Assembly: GCF_000143415.4 (NCBI RefSeq)
Contig: NW_003314281.1
Location: 980,833-1,044,832 of the forward strand
DNA: 64,000 bases
DNA from: Selaginella moellendorffii
Lineage: Eukaryota > Plantae > Lycopodiophyta
Direction of reading: 5' to 3'
Shown: piece after piece, positions 27,985 through 39,465 of the stretch
How the letters are laid out: every line of letters starts with the position of its first letter
Position numbering within the stretch: position 1 is the stretch's first letter
Program-made: the position numbers and the translations under genes
The notes under the pieces: generated by a model
What the model saw: only the letters and a program-made list of their open reading frames with translations
Told to the model about the DNA's origin: nothing
Database searches by the model: none

Positions 27985-28286
27985 CCGCCATTCCCTTTTA
28001 CGTGGTTTAAGGGTTTAGTTTAGGTGGTTCATCCTAAAATAATGGTAAAGAAGGTGTAAACATTGTAAATAAATATTTTAGTCAAAAATAAGTACAAACT
28101 TTTAACACGAAGCTGAAATATTCTTTCCTTGTGTTTTTCCTTAAGTATTTGTACTTGATACTGCAAGTAATGCTTGGATATGCCTTTCTTTGTGTTATAA
28201 AGATGGGATCACTTTGAAAACAATGAAAAATCCATCATGCTATTTAAGCTGAGTTATTAAGCATTACGGTTCTTTGAGTGTGGACA

Positions 28287-30635
28287 ATGTCTTCGGATGG
28301 GTTGATCAAAGACTTGGAGGGCGCATTCCGAGTGATAAAGAATGAAGAGCGGCTTGCAAGGAGGATCAGGGAGCTGACCAGCGGTCAATGCGTGGACCTG
28401 AGCAAATTGAAGACCGAGGAGGGCGAGGATCAGCCAGTCCTCCACCTGGCATGCGAGTCCGGCAACCCCGTCGCAGTCAGCGTTCTACTCAAGAAGTTCG
28501 ATGCCAGATTGGACATCATGACCAAAGCCGGCACCACGCAGGACACGGCCTTCCACAGGGCAGCAGTAGGGGGCAGCGCCAAAGTGTTGCAAATCCTGAT
28601 GGACGAGTTGAGGCTCAGGGACCCCAGCAGCGCCAAGCTGAATGTGGCCGATGTGGGGAATAGGTACAATCGCACCCCACTGCACCTCGCACTGGAGGCT
28701 GGTCAACTGGAGACTGCTCGCTATCTCATCGGTGCCCCAGTCAACGTCCATGCCGAAGACAACTACGGCTTCAAGATGCTCCACTTTGCGGCAAAGTCTG
28801 GACGCGTGGCAGCCCTTGAGGAGGTGGTCCGGGCGACCAGGGTTGACGTCAACGTGACCAATAACGTAAATATCACCCCGCTGCATTGGGCCGCTCGCCA
28901 GGGCAACGTGGATGCCGTTGACTGGCTGCTCCAGCATGGCGCTGACTTAACCGTGGCTGACCATGTCCAAGGCTGGCTCCCGCTGCACTATGCGACCCAG
29001 CGACTCCAGATTGATGTGGTGGAGCTCCTTCTTTGCAAAGCCGGGACTAATCCCTTCGCCACTGGTAAGGATGGGAAAACCGTTTTGGACATGGTCCGCA
29101 TGATAGACAAGAGTGAGAAAAAGCGCCAGCTCAAGATGCTGCTCGAAAAGATGCAGGTCCTGAAGAATATATTCCTGTCAGAGCATATGATCCAGTATGT
29201 TGCTCGATATGGAAGCAACAGCACCAACAGCTGGCTTGAGAACGAGTTAACGGCTCCGTATCTCCGGGAAACTGGGAGGAACCTCGTCAAGAAGGTGAGG
29301 CTTTTGGAGTGTGCAGCTGAATCCGACAATGTGGAAGCTGTTCAACACTTGGTGCATCTGATCAGGATTCTGCTGGTCGAGACCGACAAAGGCGAGTTTC
29401 TGGATCAGTTGAACTGTGCGCTGCAACATGCGCTCCAGCATGGGAACCTCGACTTTGCGAAAGCTTTGGCTTTGGAGCTCCTGGATGAAGAGAAGGTGCA
29501 TCTGGGAGACTGGGTGAGCGATCTGAAGAAAAAGCTTCTGGAGAGGATGACAGTGCCGTTGAAACAGCTATGGAGAGATTTTCAACTGTCACAGGAGTCG
29601 GACAAGCACTCTGGGAGGTTATGGGGATGGGGGAAGAACAGGTATCATTGCGAGGAGAAGAACCTGCCGGGGCAGCTTCCTTTCGCGTTCATACTGGCTT
29701 GGATCAGGACCATGCCGGAGAAATCTGTGGTGGAAGCCACAGCCGAGTTCATCGAGCATCAGAATCTGTGGGATCATATAGGTTTCAGCAGCAACGTCGA
29801 CAACACAAAGAAGAATGCGCTGCACTGGGCTGTTCTGTTGGTGAAGCCTGCCGTTGTGGATGAGCTCCTCAAGATCAAAGTTTGTGAAGCGGAGGCAGTA
29901 GCTGGGGATGAGAACGACAAAACGCCACATGAACTCGCGGTCGTTGCACATCGTTTGTTTACTTTAGCAGCGGATCGGGCGGATGCAAAGGACGAAAAGC
30001 TCAAGCTTGTAGCCATGGCAAAGAATCTAGAGAACATCAAGATCAAGATGCAGGTTGAAAGCCAACCTGTGAAGGATCTTAACGACTTATTGCACAGGGA
30101 CAGGACGCTCTCTGTAGAGGCCCTGAATGCCATATTGGTCGGATCGGCACTGCTGGCTGGTATAACATTCCAGGGAGTCTTGCAACAGCCAACCACAAAC
30201 AACAGAACTGGATTGAACATCTTTGCTGCATTCAATTCTCTATCGTTCTTCTTCGGGATGGCCAGTGCAGTCATCGGCGCAACAGGTGTTCTTCCCAAGC
30301 GCGACGAGTATATTGGCCACCTTCTCAAAGACCTTAGGTCCAAACTCACTCTCGCTGCAGGCTTGCTCATCATCTCTATTGCATTTGTTCTTGTTGCATT
30401 CGCTTCAGCTGGGTTTGGGACCATACACCCTAGCTTCAGGTATGCCATCCTCGTCACAACCGGCATAGGTGGAACATTATGCCTCTACATGCTGGCTGCG
30501 TTTATGAGGCGCATCTATTTACTGTGGGGGCTTACTGAAGGGGATAAAGAAAGTAGCATGCAGAAGTTGGCGAAGAAGGTTGGGTTTCGACCTGCAAGGG
30601 ATCATAAATCAACAACAGGTTGGAGCCTGTGCTAA
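28287..30635 (+). CDS. Ankyrin-repeat protein with C-terminal multi-pass transmembrane (PGG-like) domain, intronless
   Basis: Ankyrin repeats (RTPLHLA, ITPLHWAA, WLPLHYA). Four C-terminal hydrophobic helices starting AILVGSALLAGITFQGVLQQP and FAAFNSLSFF. Confidence 0.88.
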   Translation: MSSDGLIKDLEGAFRVIKNEERLARRIRELTSGQCVDLSKLKTEEGEDQPVLHLACESGNPVAVSVLLKKFDARLDIMTKAGTTQDTAFHRAAVGGSAKVLQILMDELRLRDPSSAKLNVADVGNRYNRTPLHLALEAGQLETARYLIGAPVNVHAEDNYGFKMLHFAAKSGRVAALEEVVRATRVDVNVTNNVNITPLHWAARQGNVDAVDWLLQHGADLTVADHVQGWLPLHYATQRLQIDVVELLLCKAGTNPFATGKDGKTVLDMVRMIDKSEKKRQLKMLLEKMQVLKNIFLSEHMIQYVARYGSNSTNSWLENELTAPYLRETGRNLVKKVRLLECAAESDNVEAVQHLVHLIRILLVETDKGEFLDQLNCALQHALQHGNLDFAKALALELLDEEKVHLGDWVSDLKKKLLERMTVPLKQLWRDFQLSQESDKHSGRLWGWGKNRYHCEEKNLPGQLPFAFILAWIRTMPEKSVVEATAEFIEHQNLWDHIGFSSNVDNTKKNALHWAVLLVKPAVVDELLKIKVCEAEAVAGDENDKTPHELAVVAHRLFTLAADRADAKDEKLKLVAMAKNLENIKIKMQVESQPVKDLNDLLHRDRTLSVEALNAILVGSALLAGITFQGVLQQPTTNNRTGLNIFAAFNSLSFFFGMASAVIGATGVLPKRDEYIGHLLKDLRSKLTLAAGLLIISIAFVLVAFASAGFGTIHPSFRYAILVTTGIGGTLCLYMLAAFMRRIYLLWGLTEGDKESSMQKLAKKVGFRPARDHKSTTGWSLC

Positions 30636-31089
30636 GTTCTAGCTAGGCAACTTATATGTGTGCATCTATAATAAGCAGGGAAGATTCACTGCCGTGCCCC
30701 ATGGTTGTGGAAACAATTTTGTGGATGTTGTGCGTTTAGCCATGGGGCCGGTCCCCATATTGTTGTTCAAACAACATTTTTGTAGCAAATCCAGGACCTC
30801 TAAACTTAGCTCCTCCGCCTCTTAGAATCAGCTTGATATCCTCAGTAGAAATTTCTGTGCACTTACGTGATCACAGGCTTGAGCTTCATCGTCTTGTAGA
30901 GAGCTCGAGGGTGGCAGCCGTGAGCGACGGTCGACAGGAAAGATGCATGAGATGCGATTGTGTTTGAAAGGCGTGCACGGTTCTTGTCCAGGCTTTCCAT
31001 GGCAGCCAATCATCGCCGACAAAATCGGGCAAAAGAGCTGCCGCAATGATCCATCACAGGTAGCTCGTGTACTCGTCCAGGTCACAGGA

Positions 31090-31300
31090 GCGAGGTGGGT
31101 GCTGGCGCCAAAGAATGAACCGGAGTAGTTGAGTGGTATTCCTTAGGGATATACCACTAGGTTGTATTAGATCTCTCAGTCTCTCTCTTAAAGGAGCCGC
31201 AAGAAGGACGATGTGATCGACATCGCCAAGATCATGATGCACAACTCCATGGCCAAGCGTTGCGGTGGGGTGTCCTATGGAGGAAGAGCTGTGACAAGAG
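31090..31300 (+). pseudogene. RPL12: Ribosomal protein L12 (uL11) pseudogene relic, copy 1
   Basis: Fragments encoding EVGA..LAPK, LKEP, DDVIDIAKIMMHNSMAK and VAVGC; homologous to 32915-33140. Confidence 0.6.
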
Positions 31301-31489
31301 TGACTGGAGATCTATGGGAGCTGGTCTCTCTCTTTTGTTTTTGAGCTTACTCCCAGCATGGCTAAGTTTTGTTTCCTTTCGATCATTGATCAGGCCTTCC
31401 AGTTTTGTTCTTTTGGATTTCTTTAGATTTTCCTTCATCACAGCTGGCTTGGTCATCTGGGTGTTCGTTGCTCCTCAAACAATCTGAAG

Positions 31490-32265
31490 CTAATTGTCTT
31501 CTGAGAGATCTCCACAGCTTGCATCTGCTAACTCTCTCAGACAACTAGCTCGGACCGGGTGATCTCTTTAGCTTCGATGGATCGCTGAGCGTTGAATCTC
31601 AGCTTCAACACGCTCACTGGTCCGATCCAGGAATTTGGAAAGCATCGATCACTCGTTAATTGGTGAAATGTCTACGTGTTCTTCGTATCAAAGGCAACAA
31701 CATCTCCGGTACGTCGCCCGGGAATTGCTCGCAGCTCGTGGAGAAGTCTCATCGAGAACCGGCAAGCTGCGACAACTCAGGTAGGCAACGCCAGGATCGC
31801 TAAGCGACTGTTCTAGCATCTCGGGGGAGCTCCTAGTCTCGGAGAACATTTTGGTGGGAAGGATTCCAGAGAAGGTGAAGCTGTGCTCTGCTCTACCTCT
31901 GGGGAAACAGGCTGACGGGTTCTGCTTTGTCCAACTGCATGGAGCTTGTCCAGCTTCTACTCGATGGTAGACAGGACCTTCCTGGGGAACAGGTTGACGA
32001 TCCTGAGTATTCACTCCAATATGATCTCGCGTGCGATTCCAGAATCGGTGGCAAACTGTTCCTCACCATACGCTGTGGACGAGAATCGCCTATCCGGAAG
32101 CATACCCCGATCTGTCAAAGGTAGCGCTCGAGGAAAACCAGCTTAGCGGCTGGACCCCGGAGGAGATTGTGCCGAGGACCAGCTCCGCGACATAGGCCTT
32201 TTGCAGAGTTGTCGCTAGTCGAACTGACTTGAAGGATTCCTCCGCAACTAGGCCGCTCTACAGGC
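31490..32265 (+). pseudogene. Deletion-collapsed pseudogene copy of the adjacent LRR receptor kinase ectodomain
   Basis: Colinear near-identical blocks to 33580-34670 (e.g. gcgttgaatctcagcttcaacac, gaatttggaaagcatcga, ttttggtgggaaggattccaga, ctctacctctggggaaacaggctgacgggttct) separated by many small deletions; no long ORF. Confidence 0.85.
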
Positions 32266-32267
32266 TG

Positions 32268-32400
32268 GTGGAGCACTACTACTGCATGGTGGACGCTCTC
32301 GGCCGCGCAAACGAGCTGGGGGATGGTGGAGATGCCTGGGCGCTTGCAAGTAGTGCAAGAACGACAGAACATATGTTGGCGGTGTCAGGAATCGAACCCG
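32268..32400 (+). pseudogene. PLS-class PPR gene fragment
   Basis: EHYYCMVDALGRANELGD matches the S2/E-junction motif of PLS PPRs; isolated fragment. Confidence 0.5.
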
Positions 32401-32914
32401 AAATTACACAGTGACAAGCAACTAACACTTTTCAGTCGAACAGGTTCTTTTCAACTTGGGGTCAAATAAATTTGGAACAAATATGCATTTCTGAAAACTT
32501 TATTTGGCTTCATCCAGGTTCGAACTGGAGACCTTCAGTGTGTTAAACTGACGTGATGACCAACTACACCATGAAACCATCATTGAAAGTAAATCATGAT
32601 TAACCTAGTACATGTGACATGGACTTCCTACTCTTCCGGCAAAGATTGTGTAAATGTACGTGCTTGATCTGAGCTTTGCCGCCAACAATGGCTACAATCT
32701 CATCAGCTTCAATATAGCCAACTTTCTGGTCGACTGGATCTCCTAAACGTCGGATCATCTGCCACCCGAGCTCTCTACAAGATGATGGAGCTCACAACAT
32801 CGTCCTGGTCACCAAGGGGAGCATCGAAGCTGCGAGAAATTATCTGACAAGACAAGAGGCCTTGTGAGGGGCATTAGGGCAGAAGAGTTGCAGCAATGCC
32901 TCGCAGGTAGGTGT

Positions 32915-33140
32915 TCGTGGTGAGGTAGGCGCAGCGCCGTGTCAAAGATCGGTCTCCATCGCCAAGGAGACGGGAAGAGTTTGCGCATAGAAACGAGCCC
33001 CAGAAGGACCGCAAGAAGGTGAAGCTGGATGACGTGATCGACATCCCTAAGATCATAGGAGTTCAAGAGGATTGTCAAGGAGATCTTGGGGATGGGCGTC
33101 GCGGTGGGGTGTACTGTGGATGGAAAGAGCCCGAGCGAGG
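32915..33140 (+). pseudogene. RPL12: Ribosomal protein L12 (uL11) pseudogene relic, copy 2
   Basis: Encodes SKIG..IAKETG, EPQKDRKKVK, LDDVIDIPKII and VKEILGMGVAVGCTVDGKSP, matching eukaryotic RPL12 with internal deletions. Confidence 0.72.
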
Positions 33141-33343
33141 TGGAGATCCCTGAGCTCTTTTTTTCTTTTGACCTTGGCTTTGGTTTTTCCTTTCGATCTG
33201 TGGTTCAGTTCCACCGACCAACTCAGTCTCCGAACGCGGTCGCAAAGTCGAAAAGACTTTCCGTGAGTCTTTTTGTCTTTCTTCCCCACTATCGCATCTG
33301 CTGGTCAGGACTCAGGTTGGTCTTGTTTCACTCTGGGATAGAA

Positions 33344-36300
33344 ATGAAGCTTGTGGCGATGGAGGTGGAGGTGATCACTCTGCTTTTCATCGCCTTCGCA
33401 CATTTCGCGTGCTGCTATGGTTTGAATTTGCAACAGCAGAACAGGAAAGCGTTGGAAACAGACGAAGCTCTCGTCCTTCTGTCTTTCAAGCGAGCCTTGT
33501 CGCTTCAAGTTGACACACTTCCGGACTGGGACGAGGCAAACCGCCAGAGTTTCTGCTCGTGGACGGGTGTTCGTTGCTCCTCAAACAACACAGTGACGGG
33601 GATTCATCTCGGAAGTAAGAACTTTTCTGGCTCCTTGTCTCCTCTTCTGGGAGATCTCCATAGCTTGCAGCAGCTAAATCTCTCGGACAACTCTCTCAGT
33701 GGAAACATACCGGGTGAGCTCTTTAGCCTTGATGGATCGCTGACAGCGTTGAATCTCAGCTTCAACACTCTCACTGGTCCGATCCCGTCCACCATCTACG
33801 CCTCCAGGAATTTGGAAAGCATCGACCTCTCCCGCAACTCGTTAACCGGTGGAGTACCTGTGGACCTCGGGCTCCTCGGCCGGCTGCGTGTTCTTCGTCT
33901 CGAAGGCAACAACATCACCGGCAGTGTTCCTGCGTCGCTTGGCAATTGCTCGCAGCTCGTGGAGCTAAGTCTCATCGAGAACCAGCTCGATGGTGAGATC
34001 CCGGAAGAACTCGGCAAGCTGCGACAGCTCAGGTACCTCCGGCTCTACAGAAACAAGCTGACAGGCAACGTTCCAGGATCACTGAGCAACTGTTCTGGCA
34101 TCGAGGAGCTCCTCGTCTCTGAGAACTTTTTGGTGGGAAGGATTCCAGAAAGTTATGGCTTGCTCTCGAAGGTGAAGCTGCTCTACCTCTGGGGAAACAG
34201 GCTGACGGGTTCTATACCGAGCACTTTGTCCAACTGCACGGAGCTTGTCCAGCTTCTACTCGATGGAAACAGCTTGACAGGACCTTTGCCACCCGAGCTG
34301 GGGAACAGGTTGACGAAGCTCCAGATCCTGAGCATTCACTCCAACATACTCTCAGGTGTGATTCCAGAATCAGTGGCAAACTTTTCGTCACTCCACTCGC
34401 TGTGGTCTCACGAGAATCGCTTCTCCGGAAGCATACCCCGATCACTGGGAGCAATGAGAAGCCTGTCAAAGGTAGCACTTGAAAAAAACCAACTTGGCGG
34501 CTGGATCCCGGAGGAGATAGGAAACGCATCGCGACTCCAGGTGCTGAGGCTACAGGAAAACCAGCTCGAGGGTGAGATCCCAGCGACGCTCGGCTTTTTA
34601 CAGGATCTACAGGGGTTGTCGCTACAATCGAACAGACTTGAAGGAAGGATTCCTCCGGAACTAGGCCGGTGTTCTTCGCTAAACTACTTGAAGCTCCAGG
34701 ACAATAGGCTTGTAGGGACGATTCCAAGCAACTTAAGTCAGCTCTCGCAGCTGAGAAATCTGGACGTGTCGAGAAATCAGCTCACAGGGGTCATTCCAGC
34801 GAGTCTCTCGAGCTGCTTCCGGCTAGAAAACGTCGACCTTTCTTACAACTCTCTCGGCGGTAGCATTCCACCACAGGTTCTCAAGCTTCCAGCTCTCCTC
34901 TCGGGATTTAATCTCTCGCACAACAGGTTGACGGGAGAGATTCCACGAGACTTTGCGAGCATGGTTTTGGTCCAGGCAATCGATCTCTCTGCCAACCAGT
35001 TGACGGGATTCATACCAGAGAGCCTTGGAGCTTGCACAGGACTTGCAAAGCTGGACCTTTCGTCCAACCTCTTGACTGGAGAGATCCCGCCAGCACTGGG
35101 AGATCTCTCAGGACTTTCCGGAGCTCTAAATCTCTCGAGGAACAACATAACTGGGAGTATACCCGAGAATCTCTCCAAGTTGAAGGCTCTGTCGCAATTG
35201 GATCTGTCACACAACCAACTTTCCGGGTTCGTTCCAGCTCTGGATCTTCCAGACCTTACTGTTCTTGATATTTCGTCCAACAACTTGGAAGGCCCAATAC
35301 CGGGGCCTTTGGCAAGCTTCTCTTCTTCCTCGTTTACGGGAAACTCCAAGCTTTGCGGGCCAAGTATCCACAAGAAATGCCGCCATAGACATGGTTTCTT
35401 CACCTGGTGGAAAGTTCTCGTTGTCACTGTCACGGGAACTTTGGTACTACTGCTGCTGCTGCTGGTGATCGCAGCTGCTTACGTACTCAAAATCCATCGA
35501 CAAAGCATCGTTGAGGCACCGACTGAAGATATTCCTCACGGCCTCACGAAATTCACCACTAGCGATCTTTCTATAGCCACGGACAACTTTAGCAGCAGCA
35601 ACGTAGTCGGAGTTGGAGCTTTGAGCAGTGTTTACAAAGCACAGCTACCGGGAGGACGCTGCATTGCCGTGAAGAAGATGGCATCGGCGAGAACCTCTCG
35701 CAAGCTTTTCTTGAGGGAGCTCCATACTTTGGGGACGCTGAGGCATCGCAACCTTGGACGAGTTATTGGATACTGCTCGACGCCGGAGCTCATGGCTATA
35801 ATCCTCGAGTTTATGCCAAATGGAAGCCTCGACAAGCAGCTTCACGATCATCAGAGCCGGCTAGAAGCTTTTAGCACCTGGGAAGTCCGCTATAAGATCG
35901 CTCTGGGAACTGCTCAGGGACTGGAATACCTTCATCACCAATGCAGCTCGCCAGTTCTTCACTGCGATCTCAAGCCATCTAACATTCTCCTCGACTCGGA
36001 GCTACAATCTCGCATAAGTGACTTTGGGATCTCCAAAGTGAGAGTGCAAAACACGAGAACGACGACGTCGAGCTTCAAAGGGACGATTGGATACGTAGCA
36101 CCAGGTAAAGCTTCCAAAGTCTCTCTTTTATTTTTTCCTCCTTCAATATTGGGTTTTCAGAGTATAGCTACTCAAGCATTCCCTCGACGAAAGGGGACGT
36201 TTTCAGCTATGGAGTAGTTTTGTTGGAACTTGTCACTGGGAAGCGTCCGACTGGTAACTTTGGAGATGGGACGAGCCTAGTTCAGTGGGCTCGTAGTCAC

Positions 36301-36543
36301 TTTCCTGGAGAAATAGCGAGCCTTTTGGACGAGACCATCGTTTTCGATCGTCAAGAGGAACATCTCCAGATACTGCAAGTCTTCGCAGTGGCACTGGCAT
36401 GCACGAGAGAGGATCCACAACAAAGACCCACCATGCAAGATGTGCTCGCCTTCCTGACGAGAAGGAAAGCTGAGCACGAAGAGCACTGCATTGAAACGCT
36501 TGCGCATGCTTCCAGCCCATACGATGCCATTGACACGAGGTAA
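33344..36543 (+). CDS. LRR receptor-like kinase, non-RD (LRR-XII/FLS2-EFR-like)
   Basis: Signal peptide from ATG 33344, LRRNT CSWTGVRC, >20 plant LRRs, GNSKLCG cap, TM helix, kinase with HCDLKPSN (non-RD) and DFG. Single intron 36105-36160 in GYVAP|EY. Confidence 0.95.
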
Positions 36544-36649
36544 GAAGTTATGCGAGCCTGACCAAAAGAAAAGCTAACATGAAGCTTCGAACAGGGAGGA
36601 GAAATTTGTGAGCACAAGCTGAGAGTAAGGTTTTTCAAATGGTCTCATA

Positions 36650-36770
36650 TGGAGGATATGGAGGTAAGACTCTTGAAGTTCCTTTGCATGGATTCTCCGA
36701 GGTACTGAGAGCGTTTGGAGCTGAAGTTATAATGTGGAAGGATGAAGATGGCAACCTCAAAGAGCTCAAA
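36650..36770 (+). pseudogene. Orphan fragment homologous to the 5' coding end of the PP2C gene at 62142
   Basis: ggatatggaggta..., ttcctttgcatg and ccgaggtactgagagcgtttggagctgaagttataatgtggaaggatga match 62138-62285. Confidence 0.8.
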
Positions 36771-38999
36771 GAGATCTATTGATCTAAATGACAAAATTCT
36801 TCAGGCGGAACAGATTGTTTCTGTTGTGTGACATCTTGAAAGACACTGATTTCTTGATAGTAAACTCAGATGGGGAGCAAGGCCGTTAAAGAAGAGGCTT
36901 CTAATCTTCGGCGGCTTAATCTTATGGTTGTGAAAATAGTGGTCCAGAGTAGCAAATAATACCAACAAAGTGCCAAATACAATCAAAGCAATGTAATACA
37001 AGTTGATTAAAATGGCTGAGGTGTTTTGAGAGCGAATTCTTTTATTGTATCACTGAAGAGCAAGATAAAAGAAGATAGTTATAACATGTAGCTAGTAGAA
37101 AGGATTGTTCTTCCACAAAACTAAAAATAAATGTCTACTAGAGCAATTATCAATCTAACTGGAATGCTTTTTTATTTTAATACAGAATTTAGTACTTTCG
37201 ACCCATTTATAAGCTGATATTTCAGTAAAATTCAAACTATCAATTAAGTAAAGTTTTTAGGACTCTAATTATAGGAGTCTTTGACTAGGAGAAGTATAAT
37301 TTTTTTTATAAAGACGTGGTGTATATTAATATGTATAATGATATAAATTTTAGTTGGCAGAGAAAAACCATCAACACTGATCTTGGGAGTGATGCCTAAG
37401 AAAATAAATGTGGCACCAGAGAATGACACCTAAGAAAATAAATGTAGCATCTTCAATAATTTCCATTAAAGAAATCAATGGACTTATATATGTTTAAAGA
37501 TTTTTAGTTTTCATAAGAAAAACCTTGGTAGTGGATATACTTAAAATATGTTTGGATATTCTAGGATATTCTACCATTTAATGGTTAATATTTGTTTAGA
37601 TTAATTTTGTATTTATAATTTATAAACTTTCCCAAACACTTGCTAGTATATTCTTGTTTAATCTACCATCTAATGGTTGATATGAAATAATCTTGATTTA
37701 TAAATTATAAACATGTTTATAATTATTGATCAATTCGATTATTAAAAAACACTACTGTTAAGCATACCAAGCATTGCAATATGGAACACATAACAGATTA
37801 TTTTTTATTTAGCTTTCATATATATAAGTAAGGGTTTAAACACAATTTAAAATCCTTAATCCTTATCTTAATCAAAGATGAAAAAAGTTATAATTATCCT
37901 TGAAGGATAATTTTTTTTGCAATATTTTGCTTAATGTTCATGATTATGCTTTTGTTTTTGTTCCATTATTCTTATTTTTTTTTGTAAACCTCTGTTAGTA
38001 TTTTACTAGATCTAGGATTTTAGATATTGTTTTCAATCTTCATTACATTCTTTTCTTCTATCAAGCCACACCATCATTAATCAAGGAGTATATAAATTAA
38101 AGTAGCTATAATTGCTATATTAAATTAAACTTTTAGTGTTGTGGGGCATAATCACCATCTTTGGTGTGTTACTATCACCAATTTTCATACGATATGATTG
38201 TATAATATTTTTTATTCTTGGTGTTCTACCGTCTCCCATTAAAGTATGATCATAACATCGATTAGAGAGGTATAGAAAATGTAGTTTAGTTCTTGGAGAA
38301 TATTTAAGGATCAAATATAGGAAAATGATATTTACAAATTTGAGTGGATTCCTACTAATGAGGAATTCAATTTGATCATTTTTCTTTACCTTATGTTATT
38401 TCTCAACTTTTTTTATTACTTTAATTTTACCCCCTTTTTAGATTTTTAGTGTTTTATCCTCATCTACAACATTTTGTTCTATGGCACATTGATCATTTTT
38501 TACTTTTTTGATTTTAATATTGAGTTTTATTAGTAAAGTTTTTGATCAGTGTCTTTTTTTTTTTCTTCCACAATCTATATTCCTCAATATATTTTTTATT
38601 TTCTCCTCTTTATCTTGATGTTTCAGACATTTTTATCTTCAAAGTAGTGGTTAGAGAGGACAAACAAAAGTCAAACCTTAATGATAAGTAGATATGGTAA
38701 TAGAGTGAGGACAAATTATATAAATTGTGGACAAGTGTAACAAGTTCAAATAAAACATTCAATCTTGATGTAGTAAAGCCAAATAGATAGTGGAATAAGG
38801 CTAAATATAGATAATAAGTGTAGAGTTTATGCTTTAAAGTGTTTTTTTCCTTTGAAGTAGGATGTGGAAGATAAATGGAGTAAATTCAACTTTTTATAGG
38901 TGGTGCTAGACAAAGATAAATGTAATGAGTTTGATTTAATGCAAGTATTAAAAGTTGACTAAAAGGAAGATATAAATTTTACTAATAGCCTTGAGTCCA

Positions 39000-39047
39000 A
39001 TGTAAGCAACCAAAAAAAAAAAACTTGAAAGATGATTTATAAAGGTT

Positions 39048-39126
<79 letters not shown>

Positions 39127-39465
39127 GCTTATGAACAAGAGTGTATCCATTTTTCGAATTGATTAATAGTTTTGGAATATCATCTTGGAAAGTCTAAATT
39201 CATAAGGTTATATTTGGTATTAAAGAAGTATCAAGTCCAACTCTATTTATTAGTTAGTGTTCAAAATAATTGTAAGCTCTTGAGTTTGGACTTCCCAAAA
39301 GGTCACCCAGCCCAATACTACTCAAACCCAAGGACGCTTAACCCTAAATATTCTAAAACCCTTAACCAATTGAAAAACGGGGTGCATTTTTATGCATAAG
39401 CCCTTTCCTTTTATATTTAAACCTTTATGGATTGCTTCTTGAATTGTTCTTTTTTGTTACTTATA
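39000..39465. repeat. Degenerate inverted repeat pair; the right arm carries a 5S rRNA-derived segment (Cassandra-like LTR fragments)
   Basis: Left arm ataaaggtttaaata..agggcttatg..ttggaaagtctaaattc is the reverse complement of the right arm. 39288-39342 resembles the antisense 5S rRNA internal promoter region. Confidence 0.6.
39051..39123. repeat. (AT)n microsatellite, ~36 units
   Basis: Uninterrupted AT dinucleotide run. Confidence 0.98.

Noticed and set aside
33086-33343. 86-aa N-terminal extension of the 1043-aa LRR-RLK ORF (apparent RPL12-kinase fusion)
   Set aside because: It starts at a non-ATG codon inside an RPL12 relic; the signal peptide follows ATG 33344, so in-frame continuity is probably chance.
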